The position numbers were made by a program, and so were the translations under genes. Shown here in pieces: positions 9,598 to 17,480 of a stretch of DNA of 47,829 nucleotides (positions are counted from its first letter, which is position 1; each line of letters starts with the position of its first letter). The notes below the pieces were generated by a model that was not told the DNA's origin, did no database searches, and saw only the letters and a list, made by a program, of their open reading frames with translations. The stretch is from Pseudomonadota bacterium (lineage in GTDB: Bacteria > Pseudomonadota > Alphaproteobacteria > Rhizobiales > Methyloligellaceae): positions 1 to 47,829 of the forward strand of contig JBKOUI010000046.1 in assembly GCA_046723315.1 (NCBI GenBank). Reading direction: 5' to 3'.

Positions 9598-9909
9598 GGC
9601 AGGTTATTCCTCTCTGGCTTAGCGCGTGAAGCGGCGCGACCGTAGGCAATTGCGACACTACGGGCAAGCGCCGAAATCCGTCTGATTTGAGCTCGTTGCC
9701 GGCTGCGACCCGCAAAGGAATCGGCGGAAATACTGGCGTCAGTAAGGAAACTGTGAAATTTGTCGGACACCATCGAAAGCCGACAACACCGACGATATGA
9801 CATGTCCCGGCAAGCCCGCACCAAAATGCAAAGCGTAAGAGCGCCAAATGCAGAGACGCGAAGCGTCAAGAGCAAGAGCCGCAAGCCCGAGCCTCAGGCG
9901 GAAGCGAGC

Positions 9910-11547
9910 ATGCCCAAGGTCAAGAAGGCACAAACCTCCAGCGTGCCTGCCGAGAAGCCCAAGATTGAGGTGAATTCTGAGCTCCTTGCGCACGCCCATG
10001 TCAGCAAAGCATGGCCGTTCGAGGAGGCGCGCAAGGTCCTAAGCCGGCTGAAACGTATACCGAAGCCGACTGGCGCCATCATCTTCGAGACGGGCTACGG
10101 GCCGTCGGGACTCCCGCATATCGGCACGTTCGGCGAGGTCGCCCGCACCACCATGGTGCGTCACGCCTTTCGCGTACTGACCGAGGACAAAATTCCGACG
10201 CGGCTGATCTGCTTCTCGGACGACATGGATGGCTTGCGCAAGGTGCCCGACAACATCCCCAACAAGGAGATGGTGGCGGAGCATCTCGGCAAACCGCTGA
10301 CGCAGGTACCCGACCCGTTCGGCGATCATCCGAGCTTCGGTCACCACAACAATTCCCGGCTCAAGGCCTTTCTCGACACGTTCGGTTTCGACTATGAGTT
10401 TCTATCGGCGACCGAGTGCTACACGAGCGGACGCTTCGATGCGACGCTGCTCAAAGTGCTTCAGCACTACGACGCCGTACGCGACGTCATTCTGCCGACG
10501 CTCGGTCCCGAACGGCGCGCGACCTACAGCCCTTTCCTGCCGATCTCGCCGACCACCGGCAAAGTTCTGCAAGTGCCGATCGTAGATCGCGACCTGTCCT
10601 TGTGCTCGATCGTCTACAAGGATCCCGATACGGGCCGGCTTACTCAGGTCCCCGTCACGATGGGTCATTGCAAGTTGCAATGGAAAGCCGACTGGGCCAT
10701 GCGCTGGGCGGCGCTCGGCGTCGACTACGAGATGGCGGGCAAGGACCTGATCGACTCGGTTCGCCTCTCAGGTCACATCTGCCGTATCCTCGGTGCGCAG
10801 CAGCCCGAAGGATTCATTTACGAGCTTTTCCTCGACGAGAGAGGCGAGAAGATTTCGAAGTCACGCGGCAATGGCCTCACCATCGAGGAATGGTTGACTT
10901 ACGCGTCGCCCGAAAGCTTGTCCCTCTACATGTATCAGAGCCCGCGCAAGGCCAAGCGCCTCTACTTCGACGTGATCCCGCGCGCGGTCGATGAATATGT
11001 CGGTCATCTCGCCGCTTACCCGAAAGAGGAACCCGCGGCAAAGTTGATGAACCCGGTGTGGCACATTCATCAGGGTGAGCCGCCGAAGGCCGAGCTTCCC
11101 ATCAGCTTCGCTCTGCTGCTCAATCTTGCCAGCGCCTCGAATTCCGAGGATGCCGATGTGTTGTGGGGCTTCATCCGTCGTTACGCGCCCGATGCCACGC
11201 CGGACCAGCATCCTTTGCTGGATCAGCTCGTCGGCTACGCCATCCGCTACTTCCATGACTTCGTGAAGCCGTCCAAGAGCTATCGCCCGCCCTCGGCGAA
11301 GGAGCGCGCAGCACTGCTCGATCTCGATCAGCGTCTCGCCAAGCTGCCCAAAGACGCGTCTGGCGAGGACATTCAAACCGAGGTTTACTCAGTGGGCAAG
11401 GAACACGGCTTCGAGCCGCTGCGCGACTGGTTCACTGCGCTCTACGAGGTTCTGCTCGGACAAACGCAAGGCCCGCGCTTCGGCTCCTTCGTCGAGCTTT
11501 ACGGCATTCCAGAGACCCGCGCACTGATCGCCACGGCTTTGACCTGA
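9910..11547 (+). CDS. lysS: Lysine--tRNA ligase, class I
   Basis: [18 protein letters not shown] (HIGH-like), KISKSRGN (KMSKS-like), GPRFGSF; start uncertain because the frame is open from 9760 with ATGs at 9802, 9826 and 9910. Confidence 0.96.
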   Translation: MPKVKKAQTSSVPAEKPKIEVNSELLAHAHVSKAWPFEEARKVLSRLKRIPKPTGAIIFETGYGPSGLPHIGTFGEVARTTMVRHAFRVLTEDKIPTRLICFSDDMDGLRKVPDNIPNKEMVAEHLGKPLTQVPDPFGDHPSFGHHNNSRLKAFLDTFGFDYEFLSATECYTSGRFDATLLKVLQHYDAVRDVILPTLGPERRATYSPFLPISPTTGKVLQVPIVDRDLSLCSIVYKDPDTGRLTQVPVTMGHCKLQWKADWAMRWAALGVDYEMAGKDLIDSVRLSGHICRILGAQQPEGFIYELFLDERGEKISKSRGNGLTIEEWLTYASPESLSLYMYQSPRKAKRLYFDVIPRAVDEYVGHLAAYPKEEPAAKLMNPVWHIHQGEPPKAELPISFALLLNLASASNSEDADVLWGFIRRYAPDATPDQHPLLDQLVGYAIRYFHDFVKPSKSYRPPSAKERAALLDLDQRLAKLPKDASGEDIQTEVYSVGKEHGFEPLRDWFTALYEVLLGQTQGPRFGSFVELYGIPETRALIATALT

Positions 11548-11689
11548 TCCGCTCCCTCCAAAGTCGCCCGCGTCCTTTCGCCTCGCTTGGCCGAAATTGG
11601 CTTGGGCCGAGGGTCAGGCAACGACCCGCGGGTTAGGTCTCCGCGTTCTCTCCGGCATAGACTGATCGCGTCTAGGAAGGAGACGCGAA

Positions 11690-12019
11690 ATGACCCAATC
11701 AAAATGGATGCTGGCAGTCGCAATGGCGGCTCTCGTGTATGGCTTCGCCGGAGCTAAGACTGCAAGCGCGGGAAAGGTGCAGAAGGATACGATGGTTGCC
11801 GCCGAAGACGCCGCGCCAAGCGATGCCGCTGGCAGCGGCTCGGCGAAAATGGGCGAGGGCGAAGGTACGCGACCGGGCGACGTGGGCGCAACCAAGGAAA
11901 ACGACACGCAAAAGATCGACCAGCCACCACGCCGCAATCCTACGACCAGCAATGATGACTATGGCGATCAAGGGGGCGAGGCCGCGCCGTCGGACGACGA
12001 TCAGGATACAGACAGGTGA
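11690..12019 (+). CDS. Small secreted acidic, low-complexity protein
   Basis: AAGGAG RBS, signal peptide ending ASA, Asp/Gly-rich tail. Confidence 0.75.
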   Translation: MTQSKWMLAVAMAALVYGFAGAKTASAGKVQKDTMVAAEDAAPSDAAGSGSAKMGEGEGTRPGDVGATKENDTQKIDQPPRRNPTTSNDDYGDQGGEAAPSDDDQDTDR

Positions 12020-12085
12020 TTGGCGTTTAAGACAACCTTGTTGAGCTAGACGAGCGCACTCAGGGTTTCCTTTGCCACATTTCGC

Positions 12086-12118
12086 AAGGCGCGAGTCGGT
12101 TCCCCGGCTCGCGCCTTT
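12086..12118 (+). terminator. Probable terminator hairpin
   Basis: AAGGCGCGAGTCGG-TTCC-CCGGCTCGCGCCTT followed by T-rich sequence. Confidence 0.6.
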
Positions 12119-12156
12119 GCTGAAATTTGTGCGCTTTTTGATCCATTCGGACGCGA

Positions 12157-12182
12157 GGAACCAGAATGGGCCGGGGCTGGTT
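12157..12182 (+). promoter_or_regulatory. Sigma-EcfG-type promoter
   Basis: GGAAC-N17-GGTT upstream of the 12249 ORF. Confidence 0.55.
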
Positions 12183-12248
12183 GGCCTAGCGAGGGGCTCT
12201 CCTAACGGGGCTTGAGAAAGGAGAACTGACACAAAAGGAGATTCGAAC

Positions 12249-12536
12249 ATGACCCAAGCCAACACTTTGATCGCGGGCGCGGCTGCGATAGCCCTGTCGC
12301 TCGGTGTGACAGGCAGTCATCAGAGGACGATACCGAAGCAGCTGCAAGTTCCGCTCGGCAACAAAGACATCGTCATCGTCAAAGACGACGCTCAGTCGTC
12401 AGTGGGCCAGCCGGACGATACCGTGAAGCAATCGGCAGAGATGGGCAGGGCGGACGGCGTCCAGACCGGTGAGCGCCAGGGACAGCCGCCAAAGAGTCGG
12501 TCTGAAAGAATCACGGGCAGCAGTCAGACCGACTAA
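12249..12536 (+). CDS. Small secreted or membrane-anchored low-complexity protein
   Basis: AAGGAG RBS, hydrophobic N-terminus, polar disordered tail. Confidence 0.65.
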   Translation: MTQANTLIAGAAAIALSLGVTGSHQRTIPKQLQVPLGNKDIVIVKDDAQSSVGQPDDTVKQSAEMGRADGVQTGERQGQPPKSRSERITGSSQTD

Positions 12537-12543
12537 GCGTTTT

Positions 12544-13038
12544 CTAATGATCAAGATCTTCGAAGATGGCGCGCATCTCGAGTGCGCGCCGTCCGCTCTC
12601 GATGCGCGTGCAGTTTCCCGTCGCGACCGAGGCGAAGGTGCCACCTTCGTAACGCTTTTCCCAGTAGCCGCAGCTCGTGTCACGAAACTCGATCCAGGCG
12701 CGCTGTGCGTCCTTGAGCGCTGCAGCAGTTCCGGCGTCGTTCTTTAGGTGCGATTGTGCCTGGCCATACCAATCGTTCAACTTCTCGTCCCAAATTTTCT
12801 GCTCGCGCATATTGCAAGCGACGATCGTGAAGGTGTTGGCGCCAGGTTCGTCGACGCAAGGGTCGGCAACAAGCCCGATACATTGGCTCATCTGCTTGAG
12901 CTCGGAATCTCCGGCCGCCCTCTCGATGCAGTCGTCGATCGTCTTGCGCTCGGCGGCGGTTGGCTCAAACTCCTTTTGTGCGAGGGCCGGTAGGGACATG
13001 AGCGCAAGAAGGCCGAAGGCAGTGACGATGCGATGCAT
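12544..13038 (-). CDS. Lysozyme inhibitor LprI family protein (DUF1311)
   Basis: Signal peptide, WDEKLNDWY, LKDAQRAWIEFRDTSC, GGTFASVATGNC. Confidence 0.85.
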   Translation of the reverse strand: MHRIVTAFGLLALMSLPALAQKEFEPTAAERKTIDDCIERAAGDSELKQMSQCIGLVADPCVDEPGANTFTIVACNMREQKIWDEKLNDWYGQAQSHLKNDAGTAAALKDAQRAWIEFRDTSCGYWEKRYEGGTFASVATGNCTRIESGRRALEMRAIFEDLDH

Positions 13039-13115
13039 GGGAGATCAGCGCGATGTTGAGGATCGCCTTCGTAGCGAACCGGAAGATGAGAGGCCAGGAG
13101 GGGTAGCCGCGATGG

Positions 13116-13895
13116 TTACTGCGCCTTGGCCTCAGGCGTACCCGTCATGTCGCCCGCGCGCCACAGCCCGGCGCCGTCCTTCTTGGCGGCTTCCGCCGCC
13201 TCGGCGAGCGCCGGTTCTACAGGAGCCGCCGGCACCGCCCATCCCTGGCGCACCACCCAGGTCGAGAGATCGGTGCCCGCCACGCTACAGCGCGTGGCGA
13301 AGTCTTTCGGTCTGCCAGATTTTGGCAGTTCGCAACTGACCGCGCGCGTGTGGATCAGGCGCGCTAAGGCAGACTTGGCCGCAGCGCCGCACCGCCACTT
13401 CTTTCCTTTTTTGTCATTGCAGGTCGCGTCGGCATCGCGGGCGGTTATGCCTATGAGCCTGATGGTCGTGCCGCCTGACTTAAGAGTGCCGGCGTCGCGT
13501 ACCGCCACCCGGTAGTAGAGCTTGGTCGGCGCAGGCGACGCGGCCGATGCCGCTTCCTTTGCGTTCTTGCTATCGAGGGCAGCTAGGCGCTCTGCCTCGG
13601 CCTTCTCGGCTGCGAGCAAAGCGTGCTTGCCCTCATCCGGCTGCACCGGACTCGCCTGTGTGGACGGTTCAGGGATAGCTGCGCCGGTCTGAGCGGGTGC
13701 CTGCTCGGCAGGTGTTAATGCAGTTTCGGCTGGTTGCACGGCAGGCGAGGAAGAAGCTGACGCGGGCGGGGCCGCCATCTGCTTGCTGGCCCACCAGGCC
13801 TGCCCGAAGCCGACCGGTATCGTGACGGGCCACAGGATAAAGACCGCCACGACAAGGCCGAGCAGAACTGAAATGATCCGAGAAGCGAGCTCCAT
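13116..13895 (-). CDS. Membrane-anchored thermonuclease (SNase-like) family protein with degenerate active site
   Basis: RDAGTL...IRLIGI, WRCGAAAKSAL, DLSTWVVRQGWA, AKKDGAGLW; N-terminal TM segment. Confidence 0.8.
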   Translation of the reverse strand: MELASRIISVLLGLVVAVFILWPVTIPVGFGQAWWASKQMAAPPASASSSPAVQPAETALTPAEQAPAQTGAAIPEPSTQASPVQPDEGKHALLAAEKAEAERLAALDSKNAKEAASAASPAPTKLYYRVAVRDAGTLKSGGTTIRLIGITARDADATCNDKKGKKWRCGAAAKSALARLIHTRAVSCELPKSGRPKDFATRCSVAGTDLSTWVVRQGWAVPAAPVEPALAEAAEAAKKDGAGLWRAGDMTGTPEAKAQ

Positions 13896-13903
13896 GACAG
13901 GCC

Positions 13904-13996
13904 CCAGAAGTCAGAAGCTCGGCCATTAGAAATCATGAATCGGGGCATTTTGCGGCGTCTCAAAATGACCGCTGGTCTCAGACTTCTGGCTACTGG
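13904..13996. repeat. Intergenic hairpin built from inverted heptamer repeats (copy 1)
   Basis: CCAGAAG TCAGAAG...TTAGAAA on the left arm, TCTCAGA CTTCTGG CTACTGG on the right, inner stem CATTTTG/CAAAATG. Confidence 0.55.
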
Positions 13997-14634
13997 CTCG
14001 CCCAGACGATGCGGGCGATCCAATCGACGCGCTCGACTGGAAAGACGAGATTGACATGGGCCGGATTGAAGGAAGCAAGCTCGATCGTCTTCGCCGTGCG
14101 CCGTACCAAAATCTTGGCCATCACCTCGCCGTCGGTCGTGCGCAGCACCACACGATCGCCTTTGCGCGCCGCAGAGTTGGGCGAGACGATGAGGATGTCG
14201 CCGTCGCGATAGAGCGGCTGCATCGAGTCGCCCGCCACCTCGAGCGCATAGGCGTTCTCGTCATCGACCTTGGGAAAACGGATTTGGTCCCAGCCTTGGC
14301 CAACAGGAAAGCCGCCATCGTCGAAGAAGCCACCGCCGCCTGCTTGGGTCAGGCCGATCAGCGGGATGGGTTGGGCGATGGCGCGGCGCCCGCGTGGCTC
14401 GGAGGTGACGAGGGCGGTGAAATCGTCGAAGCTCGCGCCGGTCGCCTCGAGCACCTTGGCAATGCTCTCGGTGGTTGGCCAACGGGGCCGGCCCTCGCCG
14501 GTTATGCGCTTGGATTTGTTGAAGGAAGTGGGATCTAGTCCAGCGCGTTTGGCGAGGCCTGAGGGCGAGAGGCCATAGCGGCGCGCGAGCGCGTCTATTG
14601 CCGTCCAAACGCGTCCATGGGTAAGCCTGTTCAC
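13990..14634 (-). CDS. HTH plus S24 peptidase (CI/LexA-like) transcriptional regulator
   Basis: GLSPSGLAKRAGLDPTSFNKSKR...RWPTTESIAK HTH, Ala-Gly site (TQAGG), GDSM catalytic Ser, VMAK catalytic Lys. Confidence 0.9.
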   Translation of the reverse strand: MNRLTHGRVWTAIDALARRYGLSPSGLAKRAGLDPTSFNKSKRITGEGRPRWPTTESIAKVLEATGASFDDFTALVTSEPRGRRAIAQPIPLIGLTQAGGGGFFDDGGFPVGQGWDQIRFPKVDDENAYALEVAGDSMQPLYRDGDILIVSPNSAARKGDRVVLRTTDGEVMAKILVRRTAKTIELASFNPAHVNLVFPVERVDWIARIVWASQ

Positions 14635-14654
14635 GGAAGCAGCCCGCGCGAATC

Positions 14655-14686
14655 GGAATTTATACCTATCGATAGGAATTTATCTC
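14655..14686. promoter_or_regulatory. Candidate operator pair of the S24 regulator
   Basis: GGAATTTAT repeated at 20-bp spacing around the palindrome CCTATCGATAGG. Confidence 0.5.
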
Positions 14687-14759
14687 TTAATTTTGCCGCC
14701 TGTCTACCGCAAAATTGCTGATTCAAGGCAATTCTTCCTTGCGATATTGAAAAGAGGCC

Positions 14760-15110
14760 ATGGATGAGGTCGTCTACAAGATCATGACCCGCGCCGGGCT
14801 TGCCGAAGCTAAGGACAAGGGCCGCTTCGACGGCTCTGCCGACGACTGCCGTGATGGTTTCATTCACTTGTCGACAGCCGACCAGCTCGAAGGCACGCTC
14901 GAAAAGCATTTCGCCGGGCAGGAGGACCTGGCGTTGCTTGCGGTAGACGCGAAAAGCGCCGGCGAGCGGCTGCGCTGGGAGCCGTCGCGCGGCGGCGCGC
15001 TTTTCCCGCATCTCTATGGCCCGCTCGACTTGACGGCGGTCCTCTGGGAGGGGCCGCTAGAGCTCGGAGCCGACGGGCGCCACCGCTTGCCTTTGCGTGT
15101 CCTGCCGTGA
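14760..15110 (+). CDS. DUF952 domain protein
   Basis: VYKI, GSADDCRDGFIHLST, WEPSRGGALFPHLYG; coupled to pyrD. Confidence 0.92.
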   Translation: MDEVVYKIMTRAGLAEAKDKGRFDGSADDCRDGFIHLSTADQLEGTLEKHFAGQEDLALLAVDAKSAGERLRWEPSRGGALFPHLYGPLDLTAVLWEGPLELGADGRHRLPLRVLP

Positions 15111-16171
15111 ATGGGCTGTTCGGCCTGGGCCAGGCGCTCCTTCTCGCGCTTCCGCCCGAGCAGGCGCACGAGCTTGCCATCAAAGGGCTTGAGCTTGGGT
15201 TCTACCCGCGCGCGCGGCGGCCTGACGACCAGCGGCTTGCTCAGACCGTGCTCGGCCTCGATTTTCCCAACCCGCTCGGCATGGCGCCGGGCTTCGACAA
15301 GGATGCGCGCGTACCGCGCGAGCTTCTCGCCGCGGGTTTCGGCTTCGTCGAGGTCGGCACGCTCACGCCGCGCCCGCAAAAGGGCAATCCCGCTCCGCGG
15401 CTGTTCCGCTCCACCTGGGACCACGCCATCATCAACCGGCTCGGCTTCAACAATGACGGCCAGCAGGCCGCGCTCGCCCGACTGACGAACCGGCCCCAGG
15501 GCATTGTCGGGGTGAATATTGGGGCAAACCGCGACAGCGAGGATCGCGTCGCGGACTATGTCGTCGGCATCGAGCGCATGGCGCCGGTCGCGAGCTACTT
15601 CACCGTCAACATCTCGTCGCCCAACACGCCCGGCTTGCGCGATCTCCAGGCGCCGGACGCTCTCGATGCTCTGCTGAAACGGATGCAGGCCGCACGTGCT
15701 TCTCTTACGAAAAAGCCGCCGCTGCTCGTGAAGCTCGCGCCAGACCTTGCCGACGACGATCTTCCCGAGATCGTCAGCGTCATTGTCGCCAATGGCGCCG
15801 ATGGAATCGTCGTCTCGAACACGACCTTGTCGCGCGACGGGCTGAAGGATGCATCTTTCGCGCGCGAGTCGGGAGGACTGTCGGGCCGCCCGCTCTTCGC
15901 CCGCTCGACCCGCATGCTGGCCCACGTCTATCGGCTCACCGAAGGGAAATTGCCGCTGATCGGCGTCGGGGGCGTCGACTCAGCCGAAGCGGCGCTGGCC
16001 AAGATCGCGGCAGGAGCGTCCCTCATCCAGCTGTATACCGGGCTCGTGTTCGAGGGCTTGGGGCTCATCGGCCGCATCAAGCGGGCGCTCACTGAGGAGA
16101 TCGAACACGGCAAGGCTAATAGCCTCGTCCCGCTGATTGGAGCACGGGCCGAAGAATGGGCCTCGCGATGA
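15107..16171 (+). CDS. pyrD: Quinone-dependent dihydroorotate dehydrogenase
   Basis: GFDKD, INRLGFNN, VNISSPNTPGLRDLQ, SNTT, GGLSG, QLYTG. Confidence 0.97.
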   Translation: MNGLFGLGQALLLALPPEQAHELAIKGLELGFYPRARRPDDQRLAQTVLGLDFPNPLGMAPGFDKDARVPRELLAAGFGFVEVGTLTPRPQKGNPAPRLFRSTWDHAIINRLGFNNDGQQAALARLTNRPQGIVGVNIGANRDSEDRVADYVVGIERMAPVASYFTVNISSPNTPGLRDLQAPDALDALLKRMQAARASLTKKPPLLVKLAPDLADDDLPEIVSVIVANGADGIVVSNTTLSRDGLKDASFARESGGLSGRPLFARSTRMLAHVYRLTEGKLPLIGVGGVDSAEAALAKIAAGASLIQLYTGLVFEGLGLIGRIKRALTEEIEHGKANSLVPLIGARAEEWASR

Positions 16172-16264
16172 TGGGCTCGCCCATGAGAGGCTTGGCCGCA
16201 GCGCAACCGGCGATGCTATAACCGCGGCGGAACCAAAAAGCCTTCGGGTAGGGGCACCCGCGCG

Positions 16265-17047
16265 ATGCTGAGACTTGCTGCCGTTCTTTTGCTGCTCGCT
16301 TCGTCCTGGCCGGCGCTCGCAGAGCAGGGCTCGAGCCGCCATGCCGGTCAGGCCGGGTACAGCGATGTTGCCTATCGCTCACGCCACGCCCTCAACCCGA
16401 GCCAACCTCAATGCGACGAGGATGTGCCGGGTGCCGCTGCCTGCGTCCAGCCCAAGGATTGGCAGGACATCGCTTGGCTCAACGCCCACCGGGCCTGGAA
16501 CTTCCTGTTCGGCACGGCCCAGCGCGCCTTGGCCGTGTTTACCGGACTCCTGGCGCTGTTCTCGGTGCTGCTATGGATCTACACCAAGCGCACGGCCAAT
16601 GCCGCGCGCCGTGCCGCCGAGCACATCCCGGCGGTCGAGCGGGCTTATTTGTTCGCCGCCCCGGCCTTTATCGGCGCCAATCAGGACAAGACCGAGACCA
16701 CGGTTGAGATCACCGTCGACAATCCCGGGCGAACGCCTGGCATCCTCACCTCGATCTATGGGCAATTCTCGAACAAACCTCCGAAGGGCGACGCGCCGCA
16801 ATATAACGGTGGCGGATCCTATCCTTTCGAGCTCACGGTCAACTCCACTAACGGCGATCCGCGGGCAAGAGTGGTGCTCCCCGTCGTGTTCAAAACCGAC
16901 TTTGCCGAACAGCAATTCTTCTGGGGCTATATCGAATATCTCGACATCTTCAAGAAGTCCCACACCTCGCGCTTTTGCACGCTCATTTTCCCCGCCGAGA
17001 GCAGATGGCAAGTTACGGGCGGCCGCGCCTGGAACGACTGGAACTGA
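16265..17047 (+). CDS. Hypothetical membrane protein (signal peptide plus one TM segment)
   Basis: Signal peptide, TM followed by TKRTANAARRAAE..ERAYLF and a beta-rich C-terminal domain. Confidence 0.7.
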   Translation: MLRLAAVLLLLASSWPALAEQGSSRHAGQAGYSDVAYRSRHALNPSQPQCDEDVPGAAACVQPKDWQDIAWLNAHRAWNFLFGTAQRALAVFTGLLALFSVLLWIYTKRTANAARRAAEHIPAVERAYLFAAPAFIGANQDKTETTVEITVDNPGRTPGILTSIYGQFSNKPPKGDAPQYNGGGSYPFELTVNSTNGDPRARVVLPVVFKTDFAEQQFFWGYIEYLDIFKKSHTSRFCTLIFPAESRWQVTGGRAWNDWN

Positions 17048-17051
17048 GGCT

Positions 17052-17357
17052 TTAGGCCTCGCGCTTGCTCGAGCGTGGATCGAGCACGTCGCTGCCGCTC
17101 GTCCGGCCCATTAGCTTGAGCACGCGCACCACGAGCCACACCGGGAAGACGATCACCGCGCCGAGCAGGAAATAACGAAGCGACTTCTCGATTGCGGCAA
17201 AGCCCATGTCATAGATGCGGGTGGCAAGCCGGCGCAGGCTGTCGAGCAGATCGAACGGGCTGAAGCCGAGGGCGGCCAGCACCACGCCGACGACGAGTGA
17301 CAGGATCGCAAGCCTGATCAACACCAGAGCCGGATTCCCGCCAAAGAACCGTTCCAT
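17052..17357 (-). CDS. DUF6460-like small membrane protein
   Basis: ERFFGGNP..VLIRL..SLVVG, YFLLGAVIVFPVWL; AGGGGAG RBS. Confidence 0.75.
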   Translation of the reverse strand: MERFFGGNPALVLIRLAILSLVVGVVLAALGFSPFDLLDSLRRLATRIYDMGFAAIEKSLRYFLLGAVIVFPVWLVVRVLKLMGRTSGSDVLDPRSSKREA

Positions 17358-17480
17358 CAACGAACTCCCCTTTCACGAGGCTGCGTTGTGGAAGCACGCC
17401 TCAAAGTGATCGTAAGCTTCGAATCGAATTACGCCAGAATTGGTGCGGGCGGATAACAAGATCAAGGACAACGTTAAAAC

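Noticed and set aside
9760-9909. Basic N-terminal extension of LysRS as a novel domain
   Set aside because: The start codon cannot be fixed without an RBS or homologue alignment, so it may be untranslated
11618-11647. EcfG promoter for the 11690 gene
   Set aside because: GCAAC and CGTT are 21 nt apart, outside the 16-17 nt consensus
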